A stretch of DNA of 64,000 nt, from assembly GCA_963827165.1 (NCBI GenBank), contig CAWGZR010000003.1, forward strand, positions 192,001-256,000. Reading direction: 5' to 3'. This document shows positions 51,472 through 61,696 of the stretch, piece after piece (positions within the stretch are counted from its first letter, which is position 1; the number at the start of each line of letters is the position of its first letter). The translations under genes and the position numbers were made by a program. The notes under the pieces were generated by a model. The model was not told where the DNA came from. It made no database searches and worked only from the letters and a program-made list of their open reading frames with translations. The DNA comes from Candidatus Bathyarchaeota archaeon. GTDB taxonomy: Archaea; Thermoproteota; Bathyarchaeia; Bathyarchaeales; Bathycorpusculaceae.

Positions 51472-51733
51472 TATAAATCTCTTCTGTAGCACGATTTAAG
51501 ATACGGCGTACATGTCGAAAATAAGGTAGCACAAGTCAACTTCACAATATGAATTGTGAATTAGGCAGATAAGACGGATGGAATGGTTCTTGTTTGCGCC
51601 ATGAGCACAGAGGTTTGGCTAGGCTTAGAGTACTGCTTTTTGCTGAAGGAAAATGTAGTTTGAAATATTGATTTAGCCTTCATAAATGATATGGTCAGCA
51701 TATGCGTAACTTGTGGTTGCAGCTGTTAGAAGT

Positions 51734-53381
51734 ATGCCTCCCACAAAGAAACTTCGCAGAAAGAATCTATCACTGATCATGATCTTAGCGCTAATTCTTA
51801 CGCCCATTGCGTTGGCGGCAACATCCAGCACCCAATCGGGCCCAGTCCAGTTGACGACAACAACTGAGTATACTAATTACGTGCATAACTTCGTCGGTCC
51901 TTTGGGAAACTGCACTTATATTGAAAAACCAATGTTCCCCGTGTTGATCAAGAACAATCAAATCGCGATTGGCGGAAACTGGACAATAATCTGTCCGCTG
52001 GAAGAGGGCCACAACTACCATATCTATTTCTACGGTTCCTACATAAACATGACCTCGGTTGCAAAAACCGACTATAATCTTTATGTCTACGATCCGCAGG
52101 GAAAACTGGAAAGTTGCCATACCCAATCAGCGGGTCTCCCTGAACACTTGGGTACAAATGTCAGCACCCCTCTCTTTACGCCTTTGTTTACGGGCAACTA
52201 TACGTTTGTCATAAACAATAACCTGGTTGATAGTGAAAGCGCTCAGGAAGCCACATTCATGATTATGGAAAACCTGCAGACAAACCAATGGTATTCCACT
52301 TACATGGTGGGTGCAAACTGCAACAGTCCTACATTCCTAACGAATTGGGCTTACGAATTTGAAACCAATGCGTCAACAGTTGATTTGTATGTAAAAGTTC
52401 CAAACACACTGGACATGTACGAGGCCAGACTTTATTTGATGAACAATGCGCAAAGCCCAACTTTAGATGATTTTCCGCTGCCTTGGGAAGCCGGCTTGTA
52501 TGGCAATTTGAGCAGCCCGGTCGGCGGCTACAACTTTGAACCCAACAGCTATAGAGGCGTGGCCTATGCAAGCTGCGAGTACATGGGACAGCCAATGTTC
52601 CTCAATTACACTTCGCCCAATAAAGGAGCCAACCTCTACCAGCTAGTGCTCATGGCCGAGGTAGGTTCAGGAAGCATATCCTTTATGATTAAAACCGACT
52701 TTGAAAATGCCACTTTGAGTCCGGTTATAATTCCAAGTAAGGTAGTCCCTAACAACGCAACCCAAGTTGCCTTCACATCACCTAACGATACTTTGGCGTC
52801 GGCTCAGCTGTCCTATTCCTTGGACAACTGGAACAGCAGCAACACAGTTGACATGCAGGTTAGCAACCAAACATGCAGCGGCATCATTCCAGGCCAAAAA
52901 CTTGGGGCATTTGTGCAATACAGAGTTAATGCAACCGACATACTGATGAACAGCTTGGAAGCTTCGGGCAGCTACATTGTGAAGGAAACTCCAGCGTTTA
53001 ACATCACGATCGCCAAAGATAAAATAATGCTTGGGCAAAATGTGGAAGTGCAAGGAGCCATAACGCCATCGCCACTTTCAAACGACTCAATGGTTTTTGT
53101 TAGGTTCGCGTCTACCGATACCGTCAGAACTCTAAATTGCACACTCAAAGCCGACGGCACCTTCGATGCCAACTGGAAGCCAAACTCGTCGGGGGTATGG
53201 GTTGTATCGGCGAGTTCAAGCGAGACCCAGGTGACCTTTGCGGCTGACAGCCAATCTTTAACCTTAACGGTTGACCCGGCAGCCCCTCTACGTCAGGTAC
53301 TCTCTTTACCTAATAATCGGGTTCGTGGCCCTTTGCGCAATTGGGGGAGTCTCTTACTTCATAAGTTCAAGACGAAGCTAA
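51734..53381 (+). CDS. Large secreted surface protein with Ig-like domains and C-terminal TM (frameshift near 53280)
   Basis: Signal peptide; beta-rich; the alternative frame gives QPLYVRYSLYLIIGFVALCAIGGVSYFISSRRS*. Confidence 0.78.
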
Positions 53382-53528
53382 CCTCAAAAATAGCTTTTTT
53401 GATTTCTGGATTCACTTCGATTTTTGAAAATGGAATAAAAGGAATAGGCATTAAGCGCAACCAGCCCGTTAGATCAATAAAAAGCCTTATCTGATATTGA
53501 ACATTATTTTTTGGAGGGATGAAAACCT

Positions 53529-53849
53529 GTGAACGAGATGGAAGATTTCTTTCCTGCTTTGGATGAAAAAGAACTCAAAGAGGGCACAATGAAGCTTGTT
53601 TCAGTTGAAGGCACGCCGATCTTGTTCATTAAGCGATTCGGCGAGATTTTCGCAATTGATAACCGATGCCCACATCAAGGCTGCGGTTTCTCTGGAGGAG
53701 CGTTGGATGGCGGGGTAATTGTTTGTCCTTGTCACGATTGGCGTTTTGACCTAAAAACAGGCAAATACGAAGAAGAGCCAGCATTCAATCTGACGAAGTA
53801 CGAATGGAAGATCAAAGACGGCAAAATCTGGGTAAAGCTCGAAGATTGA
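53529..53849 (+). CDS. Rieske [2Fe-2S] ferredoxin
   Basis: CPHQG...CPCHDWRFDL. Confidence 0.92.
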   Translation: MNEMEDFFPALDEKELKEGTMKLVSVEGTPILFIKRFGEIFAIDNRCPHQGCGFSGGALDGGVIVCPCHDWRFDLKTGKYEEEPAFNLTKYEWKIKDGKIWVKLED

Positions 53850-53878
53850 AAAAATTCCGAGTTAATAGCGGCTGACCT

Positions 53879-54811
53879 TCAATCTGCGGGGCATGAAATA
53901 ACTTCATTTTTAAATTTGAAGCCTTTGCAAAAGTCCCAGAAGGCTTCGGCTATTTTGAGAAGAGGCTTTTTCGACTTAACCATGTAGAGTTTTCGTGGGT
54001 TTTTTGCTTCTTTGATTTTGACTATTTTTATTAGCCCTGCGGCTCGAGCCTTTTTGGCGGCGATCGCGCTGACTATGCTTACGCCGCGTCCTTCCGAAAC
54101 AGCAGTAATCACGGATTCTGTGCTTCCAAGCTCTAACCCCACCTTCAACCGCTCAACTGGGAATCCGCTGGTTTGAAGCAGGCGCTCGACTTCTTTTCTT
54201 GTTCCTGAGGTCTCTTCTCGACTGATAAAGGGAAACTTGATTAATTCAGAGAGTTTTGCGGTTTCTTGCTTTGCTAATTCGTGATTGCACGGAACAATTA
54301 GGACTAGTTCTTCTTCGCCGACTGGGAGGAAATCAAATTTCTCTTCGAAGCCTTGGATTGTGCCGACGGCTGCAAAATCGACGCTGTCAGTTTCAAGGCT
54401 TTTTAGACTGTTGAGGCTGTCCTCCGCTTTTATTTTGAATTTTATTTCGGGATGTAGCTTTTGAAATTCAGCGGTGAAGCTGGGAATGAGGTGCTCTTCA
54501 GGTATGGTACTTGCGGCAATTCTTATTGTGCCCGACAGGTTTTGTTTGGCTGAGGAAATTTTAGCCTTCACTTCGTGGGCTTGTTGAAGCATTCTTTCCG
54601 CAGTTTCCTTTAGCGTTATTCCAGCAGCAGTGAGTTCCACTCCGTTGGCCGCTCGCTTGAATAATTCAGCGTCAAAATATTCCTCTAACACCGCCACGTG
54701 GTGGCTTATTGTGCCTTGGCTTGTTCCAAGTTCCTTAGCGGCTGCTGAGAAGCTACGGGTTCTTGCCACAGTGAGGAATGTTCGGAGGTAATCGAGCCTG
54801 ATTGTTTCCAT
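53879..54811 (-). CDS. LysR-family regulator (selenium-metabolism-associated type)
   Basis: SFSAAAKEL..SQGTIS, ASTIP, REETSGTR, ELGSTE; divergent from the dsrE-tusA-DCCP-selD genes. Confidence 0.9.
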   Translation of the reverse strand: METIRLDYLRTFLTVARTRSFSAAAKELGTSQGTISHHVAVLEEYFDAELFKRAANGVELTAAGITLKETAERMLQQAHEVKAKISSAKQNLSGTIRIAASTIPEEHLIPSFTAEFQKLHPEIKFKIKAEDSLNSLKSLETDSVDFAAVGTIQGFEEKFDFLPVGEEELVLIVPCNHELAKQETAKLSELIKFPFISREETSGTRKEVERLLQTSGFPVERLKVGLELGSTESVITAVSEGRGVSIVSAIAAKKARAAGLIKIVKIKEAKNPRKLYMVKSKKPLLKIAEAFWDFCKGFKFKNEVISCPAD

Positions 54812-54882
54812 TGATGAAGTGTGCCTTCTGTTAGTTGTTTAACTGATGTTGGCTATTTGTTTTTTGTTTAGAAAAACCTTAT

Positions 54883-54897
54883 ATCAGTTTTTTTAAT
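54883..54897 (+). promoter_or_regulatory. Putative LysR box ATC-N9-AAT
   Basis: ATCAGTTTTTTTAAT (T-N11-A) overlapping the TATA of dsrE; the same pattern occurs twice before the DCCP gene. Confidence 0.5.
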
Positions 54898-54928
54898 AAT
54901 CAATATTAGGTTATTTGAGGCTGAAAAC

Positions 54929-55279
54929 ATGGCAACATTCACCCTGATAATATATGAGGCACCTTACGCAAAGGAACGAGCTCTATCCGCACTTCGATTC
55001 GCATGGACATGCGACATTGAAGGGCACAAAGTAAGAATCTGGCTCTTCGAAAACGGCGTTTACCTGGCAAAAAAAGGCCAAAAACCTGCCCAAGGATTAA
55101 CCAACTACGGCCAAATGCTGGAGGATTTAATGAAGGGCGGTGCCGAAGTGAAAGCCTGTGTAGTTTGCGTTGATGCTCGCGGCTTAACCCAAGCTGACCT
55201 TATTGACGGGGTCAAAATTGCGACTGTTCATGAGCTTGTTGAATGGACTGTTAACAGTGACAAAGTAATAACGTTCTAG
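54929..55279 (+). CDS. DsrE/TusD family sulfur-relay protein
   Basis: APY..ER...ALR, FENGVY, ACVVCVDARG. Confidence 0.88.
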   Translation: MATFTLIIYEAPYAKERALSALRFAWTCDIEGHKVRIWLFENGVYLAKKGQKPAQGLTNYGQMLEDLMKGGAEVKACVVCVDARGLTQADLIDGVKIATVHELVEWTVNSDKVITF

Positions 55280-55288
55280 TGGCAGCGT

Positions 55289-55516
55289 TTGGTAACCGAA
55301 AAGTTAGATGTAAAAGGAAAAATGTGTCCCATGCCAGTGGCGTTTACTAAGCGCAAGCTGGAAACCATGTTTTCTGGACAGCTACTTGAGGTTGTTGGGG
55401 AAGGAGAGTTAGAGTTTGATAATGTTCAGCGTTGGGTTAGGAATAACGGGCATGAGGTTGTTGAAGCCTCCAAGTCTGGGGCTGAGTTTAGGGTTTTAAT
55501 CAAGAAACACGGATAG
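55289..55516 (+). CDS. TusA/SirA family sulfurtransferase
   Basis: LDVKGKMCPMP. Confidence 0.92.
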   Translation: MVTEKLDVKGKMCPMPVAFTKRKLETMFSGQLLEVVGEGELEFDNVQRWVRNNGHEVVEASKSGAEFRVLIKKHG

Positions 55517-55518
55517 CC

Positions 55519-55555
55519 ATCAATTTTTTTAATATTTGTTATCAGAAAAATTAAT
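55519..55555 (+). promoter_or_regulatory. Tandem putative LysR boxes (ATC-N9-AAT x2, 22 bp apart)
   Basis: ATCAATTTTTTTAAT at 55519 and ATCAGAAAAATTAAT at 55541. Confidence 0.5.
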
Positions 55556-55596
55556 AATGCTGCTCGAATAACATTCCACATCGGTGTGTGAAAACA

Positions 55597-56883
55597 ATGG
55601 CAGAAAAATACGTCGAAATGTGGAAAAGTTTAGGAATGGATCTTGAAAGACACGACCAACTTCTAAAAGGTTTAGGACAGTACTACACCAGCGCAGTCAT
55701 GTCCCAAAAAAACAGGCCTAAAAAAATGGATTACTTCGATTTTGTGGTCTCCGAAGTCCACGGCCTGAGAATCAAAGAACTCAATGACCTCAGAGCAAAG
55801 GGAAAAAAAGTAGTCGGTGCTTTTTGCATTTATGCCCCTGAAGAAATAGCTTATGCGGCAGATGCCACAATGGTCGGTTTGTGCGCGGGTGCAGACTTCT
55901 CAGTCCCAGACGCAGAAGCGGTTCTACCCAGAAACCTATGTCCTCTAATCAAGTCATTTTACGGATTCAAATTAAACCGGACCTGTCCCTACTTTCAATC
56001 CAGTGACCTAGTAGTCGGAGAGACAACATGCGACGGCAAAAAGAAAGTCTACGAGTTACTTAACGAGCTTGTACCAACCTACGTGCTGGAAGTCCCCCAC
56101 AAACCCGACACCAAACAAGGAAAAGAGGTCTGGTTTAAAGAATTAGAAGCCTTCAAAACCGAGATTGAAAAGCTCACAGGCAACAGGATAACAGCTCAGA
56201 AACTAAAAGAAGCTATTGAACTAATAAACGGCAAACGCAGAGCCCTAAAGCGCCTGTCGGACTTGCGCGCAAATTCACCCTCACCAATCAGCGGTTTAGA
56301 CGGCTTACTTATTGACCAGATAGGCTTCATGGACGACGTCAAACGGTTCACCGCAAAAGTAAACGAGCTTTGTGACGAACTGGACCGACGCGTAAAAGAA
56401 GGCAAAGGCGTCGCAAGCAAGGATGCCCCGAGAATAATGATTTCGGGTTCTCCAATGGCGGTTCCTAACTGGAAAGTTCACAGTATCGCCGAGTCACTTG
56501 GAGCTACAGTGGTTACTGAAGAAAGCTGCGTCGGAACAAGATACTTCACTGACCTGGTAGAACCGAAGGGTGAAAGCTTGAATGATTTGCTTTGGGCCAT
56601 AGACGAAAAATACGCGATGATACCGTGCGCCTGCTTCACACCAAACAATAGACGCGTAGAAAGCATTACCCAACTTGCCAAGCAATTCAACGTAGAAGGC
56701 GTCATCTACTATACATTGCAAAACTGCCACGACTACAACGTCGAAGGCGTAAAAATAGACCGAGTACTAAAAGCAAAAGGTTTGCCTATGCTAAAAATTG
56801 AAACCGACTACACAATGGGCGATTCAGAGCAAATCAAAACCAGAATAGAAGCTTTCATGGAAATAATAGCGGCGAAAAGGTAA
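55597..56883 (+). CDS. Double-cubane-cluster protein (DCCP; 2-hydroxyacyl-CoA dehydratase/HgdB superfamily)
   Basis: FCIYAPEE, LCAG, LPRNLCPLIKS, CPYF, ETTCDGKKK, EESCVGTRY, CACFTPN, QNCH. Confidence 0.85.
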   Translation: MAEKYVEMWKSLGMDLERHDQLLKGLGQYYTSAVMSQKNRPKKMDYFDFVVSEVHGLRIKELNDLRAKGKKVVGAFCIYAPEEIAYAADATMVGLCAGADFSVPDAEAVLPRNLCPLIKSFYGFKLNRTCPYFQSSDLVVGETTCDGKKKVYELLNELVPTYVLEVPHKPDTKQGKEVWFKELEAFKTEIEKLTGNRITAQKLKEAIELINGKRRALKRLSDLRANSPSPISGLDGLLIDQIGFMDDVKRFTAKVNELCDELDRRVKEGKGVASKDAPRIMISGSPMAVPNWKVHSIAESLGATVVTEESCVGTRYFTDLVEPKGESLNDLLWAIDEKYAMIPCACFTPNNRRVESITQLAKQFNVEGVIYYTLQNCHDYNVEGVKIDRVLKAKGLPMLKIETDYTMGDSEQIKTRIEAFMEIIAAKR

Positions 56884-56982
56884 AACGCCTTTTCATTTTT
56901 TTCCTTTTTAAATATTTTTTAATTACCGAATCTAAAATATCAATGGCGCATAAAATTAAATCAAGGGCAGGAGAAAACACAC

Positions 56983-58002
56983 ATGTCTTACAGGTTAACT
57001 AAAGTTGTTCCAGTTCACGGTTGCAGCTGCAAGCTTCCGCAGTATCAACTGGGCAGATTGCTCGATGAGGCGGGGTTGTCAGGTGACCTAGGCGAGGCTG
57101 TACTGGCGGGTCCATGGGAAAACTCCAGCGTCGTGAAAATTGCCGAGGGCATCGCGGTTCTAAACACTTTGGATTTTTTCACACCTATGGTTGATGAACC
57201 CGAAATTCAAGGCAGAATCGCAGGCAGCAACGTGACTAGCGACATTTACGCTTTAGCAGTAACAGACATTGTTAGTGTTTTGTCAATTATGGCGTTTCCT
57301 GAAAACATGCCTGACGAACTCGCAGTTGGCATGCTGAAAGGGTTTGGCGACTTCTGCCGTGAAATGGGCGCCCCAGTTGTTGGCGGACACACGATTCGGA
57401 ACCCTTGGCCAATCATCGGCGGAGCAGCAACGGGTGTGGGTGACCCAGATAAGATTGTTTACACCAAGGGCGCAAGAGATGGTGACCTTTTGTTCTTGAC
57501 AAAGCCTCTTGGGATTGCTCCTGCAATGGCTGCGTATAGGCTAAGAAAAGAAGACGAAGGAAAAGAATTACTCCAAGAAATCCCCAATGAGCTGGTTGAA
57601 GCGGCAGTTGATGAAGCAATCGAGGGAATGATCAGTTCCAATAAGCCTGTTGCCGAAGCCATGCAGAAAGTTCCAGTTCACGCGGCAACTGACGTAACGG
57701 GTTTCGGACTTGTAGGTCACGCGGGAAACATGGCTGTGCTGGGCAAAGTTGACATCGTGATTAACCAGATAGCAGTGATCCGTGGGACACCTGTTCTTGC
57801 GGACCTTTTCGGATATCCGTTGTTGACTGGTGAAGCGAAGGAAACTGCAGGCGGAATGCTGATTGCCTTGGCCAAAGAAGACGCAGATGACCTGCTAAAC
57901 GAGTTGGATAAGCGTGGCGTTCGGCATTTTGAGGTTGGCTACGTGACTAAGGGAAACGGCAACGTGAACGTTCTGAAAAGCGCGAAAGTGACCGAGGCAT
58001 AG
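56983..58002 (+). CDS. selD: Selenophosphate synthetase SelD (Cys form)
   Basis: GCSCK, DFFTP, SDIYA, GGHT..NPW, LTKPLG, AATDVTGFGL.GH, ETAGG. Confidence 0.92.
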   Translation: MSYRLTKVVPVHGCSCKLPQYQLGRLLDEAGLSGDLGEAVLAGPWENSSVVKIAEGIAVLNTLDFFTPMVDEPEIQGRIAGSNVTSDIYALAVTDIVSVLSIMAFPENMPDELAVGMLKGFGDFCREMGAPVVGGHTIRNPWPIIGGAATGVGDPDKIVYTKGARDGDLLFLTKPLGIAPAMAAYRLRKEDEGKELLQEIPNELVEAAVDEAIEGMISSNKPVAEAMQKVPVHAATDVTGFGLVGHAGNMAVLGKVDIVINQIAVIRGTPVLADLFGYPLLTGEAKETAGGMLIALAKEDADDLLNELDKRGVRHFEVGYVTKGNGNVNVLKSAKVTEA

Positions 58003-58157
58003 AGTAGGCGAAGCGTTCAGCAAGCAGAAGCAGGTATGCACGCGGGTAGTGGCGGGCAAGTATTGCAATTTTTTTTTGCAGGTGACCTTCGCGCAATATA
58101 TATTGGTTAAGAAGCGTACTAAATCTAATCATCTTGCGTTTATGTGAGGGAAAACAC

Positions 58158-59189
58158 TTGGAACGGGAAAGAAAAATCATGTCTGCCGGCAAATCGTCAC
58201 TCGTAGTCTCACTTCCCAAAGAATGGATGCAGCTAAACGAACTGAAAAAAGGCGACACAGTCTCATTCAACATTCAGCGGGACCGCTCGTTGGTGGTCTA
58301 CCCAAGCACCAGCAGAAAAGCCGTTCCCAAAGAGATAACGCTAAGCGTAGGTCACGGCGACGAGGAAATCCTGATTTCCCAAAAAATTTTGGGGGCTTTT
58401 CTGAACGGATACACGGAAATTATGCTGACATCGGAGAGCATTTTCACTGTTCCCCAAACCAAAGCGATCCGCGCTATGGCTGGAAGGCTTTACATGAGAG
58501 TCATGGAGGCTGACCCGAAATGCGTGTATATCCAAAACTTGATTGACGAGTCGAAGGCGTCGTTGGATCAGGCGACGCAACGCATGCACATGATTTCGCG
58601 TTCAATGTGTGAGGGAGCCATAAATGCGTTGAAAAACGGTGACGTAGCATTAGCAAGGTCGGTTTTTTCGCTCGACGATGACGTTGACCACTTCGCCTTC
58701 TTTATACTTAGGATTTTGCGCAACGCCGCGCAGGACCCCGTGCTTGCCAACGAGATACATGTTGACCCATTAGACTGCATGGATCATCAAACGCTTGTTT
58801 ACCGGATGGAATACGCCGCAGACTATGCCGCAGATATCGCTAGGCATCTTGTCATGCTTAGCGGGACGCATCAAAAGATACCTGACGACGTTTTGGCGCT
58901 AATGATCGATGGCGGAACAGAAGCTGCAGACCTCTACGTTAAAGCAGTAGAAGCGTATTTCGCGAAAGACGTGTCTGCCGCAGTCGAAATAATGAAGCAT
59001 GAGTCAAGAATGGACAGGCTTGAAGTTGAAATAGCCTCCAAAGCATTCACTGGAACACAAAAAAGCGCAGAGCTCGTTTGCGCCATCTGCTCTATACGCG
59101 ACAACATAAAGAGGATTTCACATTGCGCCTTCAGCATCGCTGAAATCGCAGTTAACCGAGCATTTAAGATGGTTAATCCCGACGCGTAA
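58158..59189 (+). CDS. phoU: Archaeal phosphate uptake regulator PhoU (AbrB + PhoU domains)
   Basis: RKIM..G.SS..VSLPKEW, KKGD, DDDVD, EYAADYA. Confidence 0.9.
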   Translation: MERERKIMSAGKSSLVVSLPKEWMQLNELKKGDTVSFNIQRDRSLVVYPSTSRKAVPKEITLSVGHGDEEILISQKILGAFLNGYTEIMLTSESIFTVPQTKAIRAMAGRLYMRVMEADPKCVYIQNLIDESKASLDQATQRMHMISRSMCEGAINALKNGDVALARSVFSLDDDVDHFAFFILRILRNAAQDPVLANEIHVDPLDCMDHQTLVYRMEYAADYAADIARHLVMLSGTHQKIPDDVLALMIDGGTEAADLYVKAVEAYFAKDVSAAVEIMKHESRMDRLEVEIASKAFTGTQKSAELVCAICSIRDNIKRISHCAFSIAEIAVNRAFKMVNPDA

Positions 59190-60669
59190 GCGACGGCTTG
59201 GACGTTGCTTTGGCACCTAAAGCACCAATCAGCATATCCGTCTTGTCTATGCCTGTTCCGCTGAGGTAGCTGTGTATGCCCCTGGCAGCTATTTTCCCTG
59301 AACTCATGGCGCTTATGACCGTGGCTTCTCCCGTTGCTATGTCTCCGCCAGCGTAAACCGCTTCCACACTGGTTTTTCCCGTCTGAGGGTCAATCGCTAT
59401 AATGCCGCCGGCTAAGGTTTTGAGACCTTTTGTAGTTCCCTGAATTATCGGGTTTGGCGTGCGTCCAATGGCAACAATCACCGTATCCGCATCCATCATT
59501 GCCGTGGACCCCTTGATTGGGACGACTTTGCGTCTGCCTGCCGCATCAGGATCGCCAAGCTCCATCGAAACGTACTCCATACCCTTAACTTTGCCCTGCT
59601 CGTCGCCAACAAATCGTGTGGGCGCAACCAGAAACTTAAATGCGATTCCTTCTTCTTGCGCGTTTGAAATCTCCTCTCTGCGCGCAGGCATTTCGTCTCT
59701 TGACCGTCTATATGCAATAGTGACGGTTTTGACGCCAAGCCGCAGTGCACACCGTGCGGAATCTAAAGCGACGTTACCGCCGCCGATTACCAGCACGTTC
59801 TTGCCTATGTGTATGGGAGTCTTGAACTCGGGGAAGTTATACGATTTCATCAGGTTAACCCGAATCAGAAACTCGTTTGCAGAGTAAATACCGCTCAAGT
59901 TTTCACCTTCAACGCAGAGAAACTTGGGTAGTCCCGCACCCGTGGCCACAAAAACCGCGTCGAACCCAATCGTAAGCAGCTCCTCAACCGTATGCAATCT
60001 ACCTATCAAGGCATCCGCGTGTAATTCTACGCCAAGTTTTTCGACATAATCCACCTCCGCCTGAACGATTTGCTTTGGCAACCGAAACTCGGGAATCCCG
60101 TAAACCAACACTCCACCTGCAACATGAAGCGCTTCGTAAACTACTACCTTGTAGCCCAGCTTAGCTAAGTCAGCGGCAGTGGTTAAGCCGGAGGGTCCAG
60201 CACCCACTACGGCTACGCGTTTGCCGTTCAAAGATTCCACGACATGAACATCGACGCCTTTTGCCAACTCGAAGTCAGCGGCAAACCGCTCCAAACGACC
60301 GACAGAAACAGGTTCACCCTTCTTGCCCAACACGCAGTGCTTTTGACATTGCTCTTCCTGAGGGCAAACCCTGCCGCAGATAGCGGGCAAGCTGTTTCTC
60401 TCTTTAATCTTGAAAATTGCTTCCTGATACTTACGTTGTTTAATTAGCGAAATGAAGCCTGGAATGTCGACGCCTACCGGGCAGCCCTTTTTGCATTGGG
60501 GTTGTGGGCAGGTAAGGCATCTGGATGCTTCCGCTAAAGCCTCTTTCTCCGAATACCCTAATTCGACTTCTAAGAAGTTATTTGTTCGAGCTGATGCATC
60601 CTGTTTCGCAATCGGAACTGCTTTCAATCGACCCGGAAAATTGTTCATGCCAGCTACTTGTTGTGACAT
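59173..60669 (-). CDS. NfnB/SudA-type NADPH-dependent oxidoreductase large subunit (GltD-like)
   Basis: EASRCLTC...CPV, CGRVCPQE.QC, GAGPSG, YGIPEFRLP, GGGNVA, AGGD. Confidence 0.92.
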   Translation of the reverse strand: MSQQVAGMNNFPGRLKAVPIAKQDASARTNNFLEVELGYSEKEALAEASRCLTCPQPQCKKGCPVGVDIPGFISLIKQRKYQEAIFKIKERNSLPAICGRVCPQEEQCQKHCVLGKKGEPVSVGRLERFAADFELAKGVDVHVVESLNGKRVAVVGAGPSGLTTAADLAKLGYKVVVYEALHVAGGVLVYGIPEFRLPKQIVQAEVDYVEKLGVELHADALIGRLHTVEELLTIGFDAVFVATGAGLPKFLCVEGENLSGIYSANEFLIRVNLMKSYNFPEFKTPIHIGKNVLVIGGGNVALDSARCALRLGVKTVTIAYRRSRDEMPARREEISNAQEEGIAFKFLVAPTRFVGDEQGKVKGMEYVSMELGDPDAAGRRKVVPIKGSTAMMDADTVIVAIGRTPNPIIQGTTKGLKTLAGGIIAIDPQTGKTSVEAVYAGGDIATGEATVISAMSSGKIAARGIHSYLSGTGIDKTDMLIGALGAKATSKPSLTRRD

Positions 60670-61529
60670 GTGCAGTCTCTCCCAAAATTCTCTGTGATCT
60701 GACTGGTCAGTTTCTCTTCGTTTGAGTAGCTTCTAAGCCGCATCACCAATTCTTTGAAGTTGACTTGGTGAGCATCGAATTCGGGTCCTTCAACGCATGC
60801 AAACCGAACTTTGTCGGCGACTGAAACTCGGCATGCGCCGCACATCCCCATGCCATCCACCATAATCGGGTTCAAACTGACAATAGTTTTTATTTTATGG
60901 GGGCGTGTGGCTTCGGATACCGCATTCATCATCATTGGAGGCCCTACTGCATAAACAACATTGAAAGGTGATGTTCCTTGAGTTATCTGCGTCTTAAGTA
61001 CTTCCGTGACTAAGCCCGTCTGTCCTTTTGAACCGTCGTCAGTGGCGATGTAAAACTCGTCAGAGACCTGTTTCATTTCATTTTCCAAGATGAGCAGGTC
61101 TTTGTTTCTCGCACCCATAATGGTTACAACGATGTTGTTTGCTTCTTTCAAGGCTCTGGCTATTGGGTACGCAGCTGCTGTTCCGACCCCGCCACATACT
61201 ACAGCAATTTTGCCGTAGTTTTTTATGTCGCTTGGGTTCCCTAAGGGTCCCGCTAAATTTTGTATTTCTTCGCCTTCCAGTAGTTTGCCTAGCTCGATTG
61301 TTGAGAATCCTACCTCTTGGAATACAAGCGTGATTGTGCCAGCGCCTTTGTCCCACGCGGCTATCGTTAAGGGTATTCTTTCACTGTTAGGGCGCGTTTT
61401 TAGAATTACAAATTGGCCTGCTTTGGCTTTTTGGGCGATGTCTGGTGCATATATTTTAAGCAGTTTTACTTGTGAGTTTAATTGTTGTTTTTGGGTTATT
61501 TTGTATTGTTGACTCGAGGTTTTTTGCAT
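60654..61529 (-). CDS. NfnA/SudB-type small subunit (FAD, [2Fe-2S])
   Basis: ERIPLTI, GPLG.P, GGVG, MVDGMGMCGACRV, CVEGPEFD. Confidence 0.92.
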   Translation of the reverse strand: MQKTSSQQYKITQKQQLNSQVKLLKIYAPDIAQKAKAGQFVILKTRPNSERIPLTIAAWDKGAGTITLVFQEVGFSTIELGKLLEGEEIQNLAGPLGNPSDIKNYGKIAVVCGGVGTAAAYPIARALKEANNIVVTIMGARNKDLLILENEMKQVSDEFYIATDDGSKGQTGLVTEVLKTQITQGTSPFNVVYAVGPPMMMNAVSEATRPHKIKTIVSLNPIMVDGMGMCGACRVSVADKVRFACVEGPEFDAHQVNFKELVMRLRSYSNEEKLTSQITENFGRDCTCHNK

Positions 61530-61696
61530 GCTCTTTCACCATTCCAACTATAAGTATTACACTTACACGTAATTACGATAAGTACAAGTAATTAAGCGTT
61601 ATGCACATGCAAGCACGTCGCAACGAACAAAAATTGCAAAAAAGGAACATTAAAGTTTAAGTGGACTCAACAAGTAAATAAAACCAGTGACAAATC

